Source: a virus. From it: 64,000 nt of DNA. The stretch covers positions 64,001 through 128,000 of IMG/VR virus record IMGVR_UViG_3300036790_000419. One strand, written 5' to 3'. Below the pieces are notes generated by a model. The model was not told the DNA's origin. It did not search any database and saw only the letters and a program-made list of their open reading frames with translations. The position numbers were made by a program, and so were the translations under genes. This document shows, piece by piece, positions 27,275-35,117 of the stretch (its first letter is position 1; every line of letters begins with the position of its first letter).

Positions 27275-27349
27275 GGCGGTATAGCTCAGCCGGTGAGAGC
27301 GCCCCGCTCATAACGGGAGAGGCCGGGGGTTCGAGCCCCTCTACCGCTA
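27275..27349 (+). tRNA. tRNA-Met/Ile2(CAT)
   Basis: Loop ctCATaa, C27:A43. Confidence 0.85.
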
Positions 27350-27350
27350 C

Positions 27351-27424
27351 GGGCCGCTAGCTCAACTGCGCAGAGCGGCTGACCTTTAATCAGCGGGTTC
27401 GGGGTTCGAGTCCCCGGCGGCCCA
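27351..27424 (+). tRNA. tRNA-Lys(TTT)
   Basis: Loop ccTTTaa (C33). Confidence 0.88.
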
Positions 27425-27432
27425 CTAGCCTG

Positions 27433-27588
27433 GTGCGCGTGAGGAACCTCGCGCTCCGGGCAGCTGAGCGCCTGCACGTCATCTTCGACGCCGTCCCGGT
27501 TTACGAGGACGAGCGGTGGTACAGGTACGGAGACTGGGGCTGCCGGGCGTCCAACTGGGTGCGCCGGCAGCGGAACAAGCGCCGGTAG
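27433..27588 (+). CDS. 51-aa protein inside the tRNA array
   Basis: Coding-like codons; stop overlaps 5' end of tRNA-Arg(TCT). Confidence 0.4.
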   Translation: MRVRNLALRAAERLHVIFDAVPVYEDERWYRYGDWGCRASNWVRRQRNKRR

Positions 27589-27655
27589 CTCAGTCGGACA
27601 GAGCAGGCGGCTTCTAACCGCCAGGCCGCGGGTTCGAGCCCCGCCTGGCGCACCA
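27579..27655 (+). tRNA. tRNA-Arg(TCT)
   Basis: Loop ctTCTaa, CCA encoded. Confidence 0.93.
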
Positions 27656-27658
27656 CAC

Positions 27659-27731
27659 GGTCCTGTCGTCTAGCGGCCCAGGATGCCTGATTCTCGATCA
27701 GGTCGCGCGAGTTCGAATCTCGCCAGGACCA
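27659..27731 (+). tRNA. tRNA-Glu(CTC)
   Basis: Loop ttCTCga. Confidence 0.9.
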
Positions 27732-27825
27732 CGCAGAGCCTGCTACGCGGGAGACGGCCATTGCCAAAGCAGGTACTCTGAGGTCCGCGCCGGGAGCTGG
27801 CTGAAATCCGCTCGGCAGGACGCAA

Positions 27826-27899
27826 GCCCCTCTCGACTAGCGGTCCAGGTCGCCTGCCTTTCAAGCAGGATGACACCGGTTCGAATCCGGTGGGGGGAA
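27826..27899 (+). tRNA. tRNA-Glu(TTC)
   Basis: Loop ctTTCaa, G1:A72 mismatch. Confidence 0.85.
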
Positions 27900-27930
27900 C
27901 GAGGGCCTCCGGGGTAACCTGGGGGCGCGA

Positions 27931-28008
27931 CGCGGAGTAGGGGAGTTCGGTTGTCCCCGCGGCGCTTTCATAACGCCGAGATCGCGGGTCCGAATCCCGC
28001 CTCCGCCA
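27931..28008 (+). tRNA. Initiator-like tRNA-Met(CAT) with 9-nt anticodon loop
   Basis: C1:C72 mismatch, loop ctttCATaa, T loop TCCGAAT. Confidence 0.7.
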
Positions 28009-28099
28009 CGAGGCCCGGCACTGGCGGCCGGCGAAAGCCCCGGGGAATACGTGGCTGGCCCTGCTGGATAAGGGCTAAACAGCCGGGGGCCTCAGTCGA

Positions 28100-28172
28100 T
28101 CCGGCGTAGCTCAATCGGCAGAGCAGCGTCCCGTTAAGGCGAGGGTTCCCAGTTCGAGTCTGGGCGCCGGAG
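28100..28172 (+). tRNA. tRNA-Asn(GTT)
   Basis: Loop ccGTTaa (C33). Confidence 0.87.
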
Positions 28173-28277
28173 CGCGTCAGTCTGGGATACGAGGGGCAGC
28201 AGCCCTGCCGCGGCCCGCGCGGCGGTCGCCGAAGCGGGACGAGTGCCGGGGCTCCCCAGTCAGCCGCCGGCACACAT

Positions 28278-28353
28278 GGTCTTGTAGGGGAGCCTGGCCG
28301 TCCCCGCCGCCCCGTCAAGGCGAAGATCGCGGGTTCGAATCCCGCCAGGACCG
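28278..28353 (+). tRNA. tRNA-Asp(GTC)
   Basis: Loop ccGTCaa (C33), C27:A43. Confidence 0.87.
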
Positions 28354-28377
28354 CTTTCTCACCCGGGGCCGGGGCGT

Positions 28378-28512
28378 TTAGACACCGGAGCGCTTGCGCC
28401 GCTCGCCCAGCTCGGTCCGCCCGAGCCGGTACAGGGCGCGGTAGCCGCCGAGCCTCAGCCCGATCCAGATGCCGGAGCCGAAGGCGATGACCAGGAGGAT
28501 GAAAATGCCCAC
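28378..28512 (-). CDS. 44-aa single-TM membrane protein (not in ORF track)
   Basis: MGIFILLVIAFGSGIWIGLRLGGYRALY...; own promoter. Confidence 0.65.
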   Translation of the reverse strand: MGIFILLVIAFGSGIWIGLRLGGYRALYRLGRTELGERRKRSGV

Positions 28513-28520
28513 GTGATTAA

Positions 28521-28549
28521 ACGGTACCTGGTTCTTTACCAGTGTCTAG
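28521..28549 (-). promoter_or_regulatory. sigA-type promoter with operator
   Basis: TAGACA-16-TACCGT on minus strand; CTAGAC-actg-GTAAAG 28534-28549. Confidence 0.6.
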
Positions 28550-28554
28550 GCACT

Positions 28555-28629
28555 GCCCCTGTAGCTCAACGGGAGAGCGCCGTCTCGACAAGGCGGAGGG
28601 AGGTGGTCCGACACCACCTAGGGGCACCA
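28555..28629 (+). tRNA. tRNA-Val(GAC)
   Basis: Loop tcGACaa (C33), T loop TCCGACA, CCA encoded. Confidence 0.82.
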
Positions 28630-28630
28630 T

Positions 28631-28704
28631 GCACTAGTAGCTCAGCGGACAAGAGCAGCGGCCTACGGAGCCGCGTGGCGGGGGTTCGAGTCCCTCCTAG
28701 TGCA
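28631..28704 (+). tRNA. tRNA-Arg(ACG)
   Basis: Loop ctACGga. Confidence 0.92.
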
Positions 28705-28715
28705 CGCGAGTACAA

Positions 28716-28787
28716 GGGCGCATAGCTCAGCGGAAGAGCGCTCGGTTCACACCCGAGAGGCCGGCGGTTCGATCCCTTCTGCGCCCA
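28716..28787 (+). tRNA. tRNA-Val(CAC)
   Basis: Loop ttCACac. Confidence 0.88.
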
Positions 28788-28788
28788 C

Positions 28789-28863
28789 GGTCGGTATAGC
28801 TCAACGGCAGAGCGCTGGACTGTGGCTCCAGACATACGAGTTCGATTCTCGTTACCAACCCCA
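28789..28863 (+). tRNA. tRNA-His(GTG)
   Basis: G-1/C73, loop ctGTGgc, C3:A70, CCA encoded. Confidence 0.9.
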
Positions 28864-28864
28864 T

Positions 28865-28948
28865 GGCGGAGTGACCCGAGATGGCAAGGGGGCCGGCTGT
28901 AAACCGGCTGCGCGAGCATGGCAGGTTCGAGCCCTGCGTCCGTCACCA
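28865..28948 (+). tRNA. tRNA-Tyr(GTA)
   Basis: Loop ctGTAaa, variable arm, CCA encoded. Confidence 0.9.
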
Positions 28949-28949
28949 A

Positions 28950-29023
28950 GGTCTCATAGCTCAGTGGAACAGAGCACCCGCCTCCGGAGCGGGGGGCCGG
29001 CGGTTCGAGTCCGTCTGAGACCA
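28950..29023 (+). tRNA. tRNA-Arg(CCG)
   Basis: Loop ctCCGga. Confidence 0.92.
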
Positions 29024-29111
29024 CGACTGAGTTCACCGCCGTGACCTGGCAGCGGGTAGCGGTGGGCCAGTAAAGCGGGGCGTGCTGCCGGCTACGCCTG
29101 CCCCGTCCAAT

Positions 29112-29187
29112 GGCGGTATGGCCGAGTGGTACAGGCGCACGCCTGCAAAACGTGCTTACCCGGGTCCGATTCCCGGTGCCGCCTCCA
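29112..29187 (+). tRNA. tRNA-Cys(GCA)
   Basis: Loop ctGCAaa, C31:A39, T loop TCCGATT, U73, CCA encoded. Confidence 0.87.
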
Positions 29188-29188
29188 G

Positions 29189-29261
29189 GACCCTGTAGCT
29201 CAGCGGACAGAGCTGCTTCCCCCTAAGGAGCGAGTCGCTGGTTCGAGTCCAGCCAGGGCCG
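29189..29261 (+). tRNA. tRNA-Arg(CCT)
   Basis: Loop ccCCTaa (C33), A2:C71. Confidence 0.85.
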
Positions 29262-29394
29262 CCTTCGGTGCTCACGCTGTGGCAGCCTGGAGACGGGAGA
29301 CCGGGTACGGGCTCGGCTTCGCGGGTCTGAGATCGTTTCCGGTCTCCCGTCACACCAGGGTACATGCACATCACTGCGTTACGCTGGCCCTATT

Positions 29395-29431
29395 ACTCCC
29401 TGTTGTCCTCTTGAGGCTGACAGGGGTTTTT
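29395..29431 (+). terminator. Intrinsic terminator ending the tRNA array
   Basis: ccctgttg...tgacagggg plus T-run. Confidence 0.65.
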
Positions 29432-29542
29432 GCGTTCCGGTCACGTTTTGAGGGAAACAGTTCCGCCGGCCGGCGGGGTGCGACATAGTGGACTGTTTCC
29501 CCGTGACAAGCACAGGGGGCCTATGAGTGAGGGGTTTTACCT

Positions 29543-30478
29543 ATGAAGCTCAGCAGGCGGCTTGCTGCCGTCATTGCGGTACCTGCCCTGGCGCTGGGGA
29601 CCGGGCTGGCCGCGGCCGGCACCGCGCACGCCGCGCCAGGTGTCACCCAGCCCGCTGTGACCGACACCTGGGGTTTCGCCGGCGACGAGGCCGCGGCTAA
29701 CTCCGGGACCAATTTCACCCACTTCTCCGCCCTGGTCGGCGCGGGCACGCAGTACAGCGCGGCCAACCCGGCGCTGCCGTCTGTCGGCAGCGTGCTGAAC
29801 GGCGCGGGCTCCGCCTGGCACCCGGTACCGCTGAGCGGCTCGCTGGGCAGGGCGCTGGCCTCGGTTGAGGCTGCGGGCCTGCAGTTCGGCGCGCACGGCA
29901 GCGAGACCGCCTCGCTGGGCGTGCTGCGGGCTGGCAGCCGCAATGACGTGGTGGCCGTCATCACCGGCCACGGCAGCCTTTCCTACGCGGTGCTGGCCTC
30001 CTACCCGGTGGCGGACACCGTCGGCCTGGACCTGCTGCACGACGGCAGATCGGCCTACACGTTCCGTGGCCGGCACATCCAGGCTGGCGCGGTGGCGTTC
30101 AGCACCGAGGACGTCCGCGCCGGCATCAGCTCGGTGAAGACGATCGACAGCTCGCACGTCAGCGGCGGCGTCATCAGCGGCGGCTTCCACACCGCCCTGG
30201 GCGGCATCCTGTCCGGTGCCCGCGCGGCGCAGGGCGGCGTCAGCGCGTTCGCCTCTGACCCGGTGCCCGACACCGCCGGCGGCATCGTGGTCCGGCTGGC
30301 GCACCTGCACCTGGACGCCAACGCCACCGCGGGCGAGACCTTCTCCGAGGGCTTCCAGTCCGGCGCGGCCTGGGCGGTCATCCCGTACGCGGCCTCGGTG
30401 AGCAACCGCACCGTCGCGGAGTCCACCGTCTTCGCCTCCGACCACATCTCGGTCGCGGAGCTGAGCACGCAGCACTAG
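29543..30478 (+). CDS. Secreted protein of unknown function
   Basis: Signal peptide MKLSRRLAAV...AHA; SD gagggg. Confidence 0.75.
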   Translation: MKLSRRLAAVIAVPALALGTGLAAAGTAHAAPGVTQPAVTDTWGFAGDEAAANSGTNFTHFSALVGAGTQYSAANPALPSVGSVLNGAGSAWHPVPLSGSLGRALASVEAAGLQFGAHGSETASLGVLRAGSRNDVVAVITGHGSLSYAVLASYPVADTVGLDLLHDGRSAYTFRGRHIQAGAVAFSTEDVRAGISSVKTIDSSHVSGGVISGGFHTALGGILSGARAAQGGVSAFASDPVPDTAGGIVVRLAHLHLDANATAGETFSEGFQSGAAWAVIPYAASVSNRTVAESTVFASDHISVAELSTQH

Positions 30479-30493
30479 CCAGCCCTGTCTCAC

Positions 30494-30531
30494 GCGGGCA
30501 GCCCCGGGCGACGTCGCCCGGGGCTGCCTGT
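30494..30531 (+). terminator. GC hairpin / terminator
   Basis: gggcagccccgggcga/tcgcccggggctgcct. Confidence 0.6.
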
Positions 30532-30550
30532 GCTTCCCGATTAACCGGGC

Positions 30551-30850
30551 ATGCACCTCACGGGAATGTGGCACGAGTTCATGGCCGCCGCCGGCAATGC
30601 CCCGGGCGCGCAGAAGGGTGACGTCATCGTCACCCTGATGGACCCGGTCGGCGGGGTCGGCGAGGTCACGGTCCCCAGCAGTGACGTGACCATCGCGGCC
30701 GAGGCCGGCAACCTGATCGGCGTGCAGCTCAAGATGCCGGACGGGCGCCGCCTGTTCGTGTCCGCAGCCAACCTGGCCGGCATGATCGACGCGCCGCGCG
30801 AGGAGGCCCGGGAGGACAAGCCGGCCCGGGCGCGGCAGCCTGGCAGGTAG
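30551..30850 (+). CDS. Hypothetical late protein
   Basis: CCGATTA(30537)-N7-ATG. Confidence 0.7.
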   Translation: MHLTGMWHEFMAAAGNAPGAQKGDVIVTLMDPVGGVGEVTVPSSDVTIAAEAGNLIGVQLKMPDGRRLFVSAANLAGMIDAPREEAREDKPARARQPGR

Positions 30851-30866
30851 CCCCGATTAAGGGGGC

Positions 30867-32465
30867 ATGACTACACCGGGCGGCGGGCAGGGCTCCTACA
30901 GCTCCAGCGTGCAGCCGCCTGGTGGCCTCGGGGTTAGCAGTCAGGGCTACGGCCAGGAGGGCTACGTCCTGCAGGACGAGCAGACGCTTGTCCAGCCGCC
31001 CGACGAAGCTCTCAATTTTGCCACCGGCGTCCCGTACTTCCTCCCCTTCGCCACCCCGTACCGGGACTCGTGGGAGGTCTTCCGCGACGACCCGGTCAGC
31101 ATCCGCCAGCTGGTCACCATGCGCCGCCGCGACGGCCAGGCCAGGGCGCTGTACCGGCTGCTGACCAAGCCGCTGCTGAGCGCGATGAAGAACGCCGACG
31201 TGGTGCCCGCCGACGGGGTGACCGGCGGGGTGGAGGAGGCCCGGTTCTGCAAGGACCTGCTGTTCGCGCCGCGGGCGCAGGGCGGCATGTCTCAGTCGTT
31301 TGACAAATTCGTCAAGCAGATGCTGCTCGCGCTGTTCAACGGGTTCAGCGCCTGGGAGATGGTCTACTGGGTCCCCAAGACCGGGCCGAACAAGGGCAAG
31401 TGGACGCTGCGCAAGATGGACTGGCGCCCTTCGGAGACCCTCACCTTCCTGCTTGACGGCCAGGGCGAGTTCAACGGCTTCCGGCAGCGCACGTTCTTCC
31501 AGGGCCGGACGATCGACGTCAAGATCGCGAAAGAGACCGCGCTGTACTACGCGCACGAGGAAGCCGAGCGGCCGTTCTACGGCGTGTCCATGTTCGAGAG
31601 CGCCTTCTACCACTACGACAAGAAGGAGAAGCTCTACTACATCGCTCACCTGGCGGCGCAGCGGGCCGCGGTGGGCCTGCGGGTGGGCACGATGGTGCCG
31701 AATGCCCCGGCTGAGGACAAGAACAACTTCATCCGGGCGCTGGCCCAGCTCGGGCTCGCGCAGTACATCGCGCTGCCCACCGCCGACTGGACGGTGCAGA
31801 CCCTCAACGAGTCAGCCAGCCGGTTCGACTTCCTGGGGCTGATCAACCACCACAACAGCCAGATGTCCAAGAGCGTTCTCGCCCAGTGGTTCGACAACGA
31901 GCAGGGAGGCGGCCAGGGGGACAGCACGCTGGTCGACTTCGGCAAGCAGGACGACGTCACCTACTTCCTGATGCTGGAGGGCATCCTGGAGGAGATGGCC
32001 GGGATCATCACCGACCACATCTTCCCGCGCTTCGTCGACTGGAACTTCGGCTCCGGCAAGTACCCGCAGTTCAAGTGGGGCCCGCTGACCGAGGAGGCCA
32101 AGGCCGCCATCCAGGACACGTTCGACAAGCTGGCCACCGCCGGCCAGCAGGCCAACGTCACGCCGGAGTTCATGCTCGACCTGGAGCAGCGGATGGCCGT
32201 CGACTTCGGGTTCGACATCGACTACGACAAGATCAAGGCGGACCGCGAGAAGCAGCAGAAGCAGATGGCCGCCCAGCAGAAGCAGATGGCCGCCCAGGCC
32301 CAGCAGCAGGCGCAGAACCCGGTCCAGGCCGGGAAGGGCGGGTCCCCCCAGCAGCCGGTGGTGCACATCAAGGTCCCGGTCGGCTCCCAGACTTCCGCCA
32401 CCGGCACGTCGGCCTCCGGCGGCAGCGCGGTCGGCCAGCGCAGCGGGAACGGGCTAGACAGGTGA
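30867..32465 (+). CDS. Portal protein (DUF935/Mu gp29-like)
   Basis: ALFNGFSAWE, PFYGVSM..AF, SKSVLAQ, V.WNFG...P; CCGATTA(30853)-N7-ATG. Confidence 0.88.
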   Translation: MTTPGGGQGSYSSSVQPPGGLGVSSQGYGQEGYVLQDEQTLVQPPDEALNFATGVPYFLPFATPYRDSWEVFRDDPVSIRQLVTMRRRDGQARALYRLLTKPLLSAMKNADVVPADGVTGGVEEARFCKDLLFAPRAQGGMSQSFDKFVKQMLLALFNGFSAWEMVYWVPKTGPNKGKWTLRKMDWRPSETLTFLLDGQGEFNGFRQRTFFQGRTIDVKIAKETALYYAHEEAERPFYGVSMFESAFYHYDKKEKLYYIAHLAAQRAAVGLRVGTMVPNAPAEDKNNFIRALAQLGLAQYIALPTADWTVQTLNESASRFDFLGLINHHNSQMSKSVLAQWFDNEQGGGQGDSTLVDFGKQDDVTYFLMLEGILEEMAGIITDHIFPRFVDWNFGSGKYPQFKWGPLTEEAKAAIQDTFDKLATAGQQANVTPEFMLDLEQRMAVDFGFDIDYDKIKADREKQQKQMAAQQKQMAAQAQQQAQNPVQAGKGGSPQQPVVHIKVPVGSQTSATGTSASGGSAVGQRSGNGLDR

Positions 32466-32764
32466 GCGCGCACGAGGCCATGGCGGCGCTCGCCCGCGAC
32501 CTGGTCGAGGAGCTGGCGGCCGGGCGGGCACTGGAGCTGGCCGCTCAGGCCCAGGGGCCGGGGGCGCCCCCGGCCGCGCCCTTGCCCCCGGTACCGCCCG
32601 CGAAGACCGGGGCCGGGGCCGTGTACCCGCAGCTCGGCAGCGCGCTGCTGGTCCCGCCCGGCGATACCATCTCCGGCCTTGCCTACGCGCACCTGCAGCC
32701 GCCTCAGCCGCCTGGTGCCCCGGGCGGCCAGCCGGGCGCGCGGCCTCCGATTGCCGGTCAGTGA
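32462..32764 (+). CDS. Pro-rich hypothetical protein
   Basis: GTGA overlap with portal; 100 aa. Confidence 0.55.
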   Translation: MSAHEAMAALARDLVEELAAGRALELAAQAQGPGAPPAAPLPPVPPAKTGAGAVYPQLGSALLVPPGDTISGLAYAHLQPPQPPGAPGGQPGARPPIAGQ

Positions 32765-33219
32765 CCGACGACCGTCTGATGCGCCAGCAGGCCCCGTATC
32801 CCGAAGCCCTCGCTTACCTGGTGGAGCGCCTTGAGTACCGGCCAGGCTGGGAGTTCCGCCTTGCGGACGCCGACCGGGGCCAGGGTAGCGCGGGCCTCAC
32901 CCTGACCATCACGACACGGGGGTACGACAGCAGGCACCCTGACCGGGGTGAGAACTACCGGGTGGACCACTACATGCTGGTGCCGCCGGCCGCCTACGAC
33001 CTCCGGTCGTGGCAGCACTGGCTATTTGAGCAGCTGCTCCTCGTTGAGCGGCACGAGGCCATGGAGTTCTTCGCCGTTCACGACTCGCCGGGCAGCGAGC
33101 ACCTGGTGCGCCCGCTGTCCCCGAGTCACGGGCCGGGTAACGATCCTTACCTTGTCCGTGAGGTCGGTACTGATGTTGACCAGCGCACCAGCTTTCGCGG
33201 CGTCCTGAACCCGGGGTAG
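32761..33219 (+). CDS. Hypothetical protein
   Basis: CCGATTG(32747)-N7-GTG. Confidence 0.7.
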   Translation: MTDDRLMRQQAPYPEALAYLVERLEYRPGWEFRLADADRGQGSAGLTLTITTRGYDSRHPDRGENYRVDHYMLVPPAAYDLRSWQHWLFEQLLLVERHEAMEFFAVHDSPGSEHLVRPLSPSHGPGNDPYLVREVGTDVDQRTSFRGVLNPG

Positions 33220-34226
33220 TGGCGGACCCCGGGCAGCAGGCCGCGGCAGCCGTGCGCCAGTCGGCGGCGGGGGCGGCCGGGTACCTCGCGTTGGTCACCC
33301 GCAGCAACCCGCTCGGCTCGGCCGACGACCTGCTGCGCCGCCCCGACACTGACGCGGTCCTGCGGCAGGCACTGGACGAGGCGCGCTCGGCGGCGGGTGA
33401 ACTAGTCCGCCAGGCCTGGGACGACTCGGGCGCCGTGAGCGGCGACGACGAGACACTGAACGACCTGCTGGACGACATCGGCAAGATCTTCGGTGAACTA
33501 GCCCGCCTGCGCGGCCTTGTCCGGCACGCCCACGCCTCGGTCCCGCCGCGCGTCTTTATCCGCGGCGTGCACTCCCCGGGCGAGCACCCGTCCCAGAGAG
33601 CCGCCGAGGAGCGCGCGGACGCCGTGCGGGACGCTCTCCTCGGCTGGGGCCGCCAGGCTGCCCTGAGGGCCCGCATGGCCGCGCACGCAGCCGCTGGCGC
33701 CGGCGCGTCGGCTGCGGTTCTCGCCGGCGGCCTGGCCCGCGAGGCCGCCGGCGAGAAGCTGCGCAAGCGGTGGCGGGCGCACGCCGAGAGCCCGTCGTGC
33801 TGCTACTGGTGCCGGAAGCTGAACGGGGTGACGATTGGCCTGCGCGAGTCGTTCGCCCCGTACCTGGGAGGCCCGGTGGCGATGCCGCAGTCCCGCGAGC
33901 GGCGCGTGGCCACGCGAGCGGGGGCCGCGCGGTACGGCCTGCCGGCGGGCTCTAGGATCGTCTACACGCACCCGCCGCGCCCGTACCACGGTAAGCTTCA
34001 GGGACCGTTGCTCCACCCCTTCTGCAGGTGCTGGCTGGAAATCGTACGTACTGGCGATTCCGTCAGGGTGCCTGTGGACGGCGGCCCGGCACCGGAGAAG
34101 TTCATGTCCGCGGACGACATCCGGGACATGCCCGAAGACGGCTACCAGGCTGACCTCGCGTTCCTGCGGGCGGCCGTCCACGAGCTGGACCAGGTACTGA
34201 AGAGACTGGCTGAGGGTGGTGGCTGA
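33219..34226 (+). CDS. MuF-like head morphogenesis protein
   Basis: KRW...CYWCRKLNG...LHPFCRC. Confidence 0.78.
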   Translation: MADPGQQAAAAVRQSAAGAAGYLALVTRSNPLGSADDLLRRPDTDAVLRQALDEARSAAGELVRQAWDDSGAVSGDDETLNDLLDDIGKIFGELARLRGLVRHAHASVPPRVFIRGVHSPGEHPSQRAAEERADAVRDALLGWGRQAALRARMAAHAAAGAGASAAVLAGGLAREAAGEKLRKRWRAHAESPSCCYWCRKLNGVTIGLRESFAPYLGGPVAMPQSRERRVATRAGAARYGLPAGSRIVYTHPPRPYHGKLQGPLLHPFCRCWLEIVRTGDSVRVPVDGGPAPEKFMSADDIRDMPEDGYQADLAFLRAAVHELDQVLKRLAEGGG

Positions 34227-34452
34227 CAAGACGCGCCAGTGGTTCGCGGACAGTACCGTTTCCTACGCGCTGGGCGTGCTCGCACTGTTCGAGTACGCGA
34301 GGGCACACGGGGTGAAGTACGTTTTCGGGCCGCTGGACACGCACTCGATGACCGACGGGGGACTCACCGTCTCCGGTGCCGAGCACGACCTGGACCAGGC
34401 CGCCGCCGTGCTCGCCGGGGTTCCCGGGCTGGTGGAGTACGAGCCCGATTAG
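34216..34452 (+). CDS. Hypothetical protein
   Basis: Overlaps MuF end. Confidence 0.55.
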   Translation: MVADKTRQWFADSTVSYALGVLALFEYARAHGVKYVFGPLDTHSMTDGGLTVSGAEHDLDQAAAVLAGVPGLVEYEPD

Positions 34453-34458
34453 CTGTCC

Positions 34459-34863
34459 GTGGACAGCGAGTGGGCGATCCGGGACGACGGGGAGTGGGCG
34501 GTCAGGGAAGAGCCGCCGCCGGAAGACGAAAGCAGCTCCCGGGCCGGCGATGACCCGGGAGCTGCTAGCGCTGACGGTACTGCGGCCCCTGACGCTGGCG
34601 AGTTACGAGCCGAGCTTGTCGAACTCACCCTTGTTCACGCCACCGAGGAAGGCGTGCCACTCATCCGGAGTGAAGCGGAGCACCGCCCCGTCCCGGTCAC
34701 GGCTGTTGCGGACGCCCACTACCCCGTTGCCGAGGTCCGCCGCTTCCACGCAGTTGCCGTTCGCGAAGCTCAGGGAACTCTTGACCCATTCAGGATCGGG
34801 TGCCATACACATTCTCCTGCCGTAGCTACCGAAAGTTGCAGCAGAGCCCATCTTGCCTGCTAA
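34459..34863 (+). CDS. Possible late leaderless ORF antisense to DUF397
   Basis: CCGATTA(34445)-N7-GTG; C-terminal part is the antisense shadow of DUF397. Confidence 0.3.
   Translation: MDSEWAIRDDGEWAVREEPPPEDESSSRAGDDPGAASADGTAAPDAGELRAELVELTLVHATEEGVPLIRSEAEHRPVPVTAVADAHYPVAEVRRFHAVAVREAQGTLDPFRIGCHTHSPAVATESCSRAHLAC
34603..34806 (-). CDS. DUF397 (BldB-family) protein
   Basis: WVKSSLS..NGNCVE...VGVRNSRD...LRFTPDEW.AFL.GV..GEFD; SD aggag. Confidence 0.92.
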   Translation of the reverse strand: MAPDPEWVKSSLSFANGNCVEAADLGNGVVGVRNSRDRDGAVLRFTPDEWHAFLGGVNKGEFDKLGS

Positions 34864-34879
34864 CTAGACTCAAGTCAAG
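34850..34879 (-). promoter_or_regulatory. sigA-type promoter with operator for DUF397
   Basis: TTGACT-17-CAAGAT on minus strand; CTTGAC-ttga-GTCTAG 34864-34879. Confidence 0.65.
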
Positions 34880-34886
34880 AGGAAGC

Positions 34887-35102
34887 ATGATCGCCAAGTC
34901 CCGCGAGGGCATACCGGCCGAAGCAGCCGAGATCGCTGACCGCCTGGAAGCGGCCGGGCTGGACGACGCGGCGGCCAGCGTGCGCCGGGCCGCGCGGGTG
35001 GCGAGGACCGATCCCGCGCTGGCGGAGTCCATCCTGCGCGAGGCGGCCGATGACCTCATGGCCCGCAGTCCCGCCTACAGCCACCGGCGCAAAACCCCGT
35101 AG
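34887..35102 (+). CDS. Small helical hypothetical protein
   Basis: SD gagga; MIAKSREG... Confidence 0.55.
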   Translation: MIAKSREGIPAEAAEIADRLEAAGLDDAAASVRRAARVARTDPALAESILREAADDLMARSPAYSHRRKTP

Positions 35103-35117
35103 TCCGATAACAGGGGC

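Noticed and set aside
24358-29261. ORF-track proteins overlapping the tRNA array
   Set aside because: They run across tRNA genes and have no coding signature
32277-32318. 21-bp tandem repeat in the portal gene
   Set aside because: Ordinary low-complexity coding repeat (QKQMAAQ x2)
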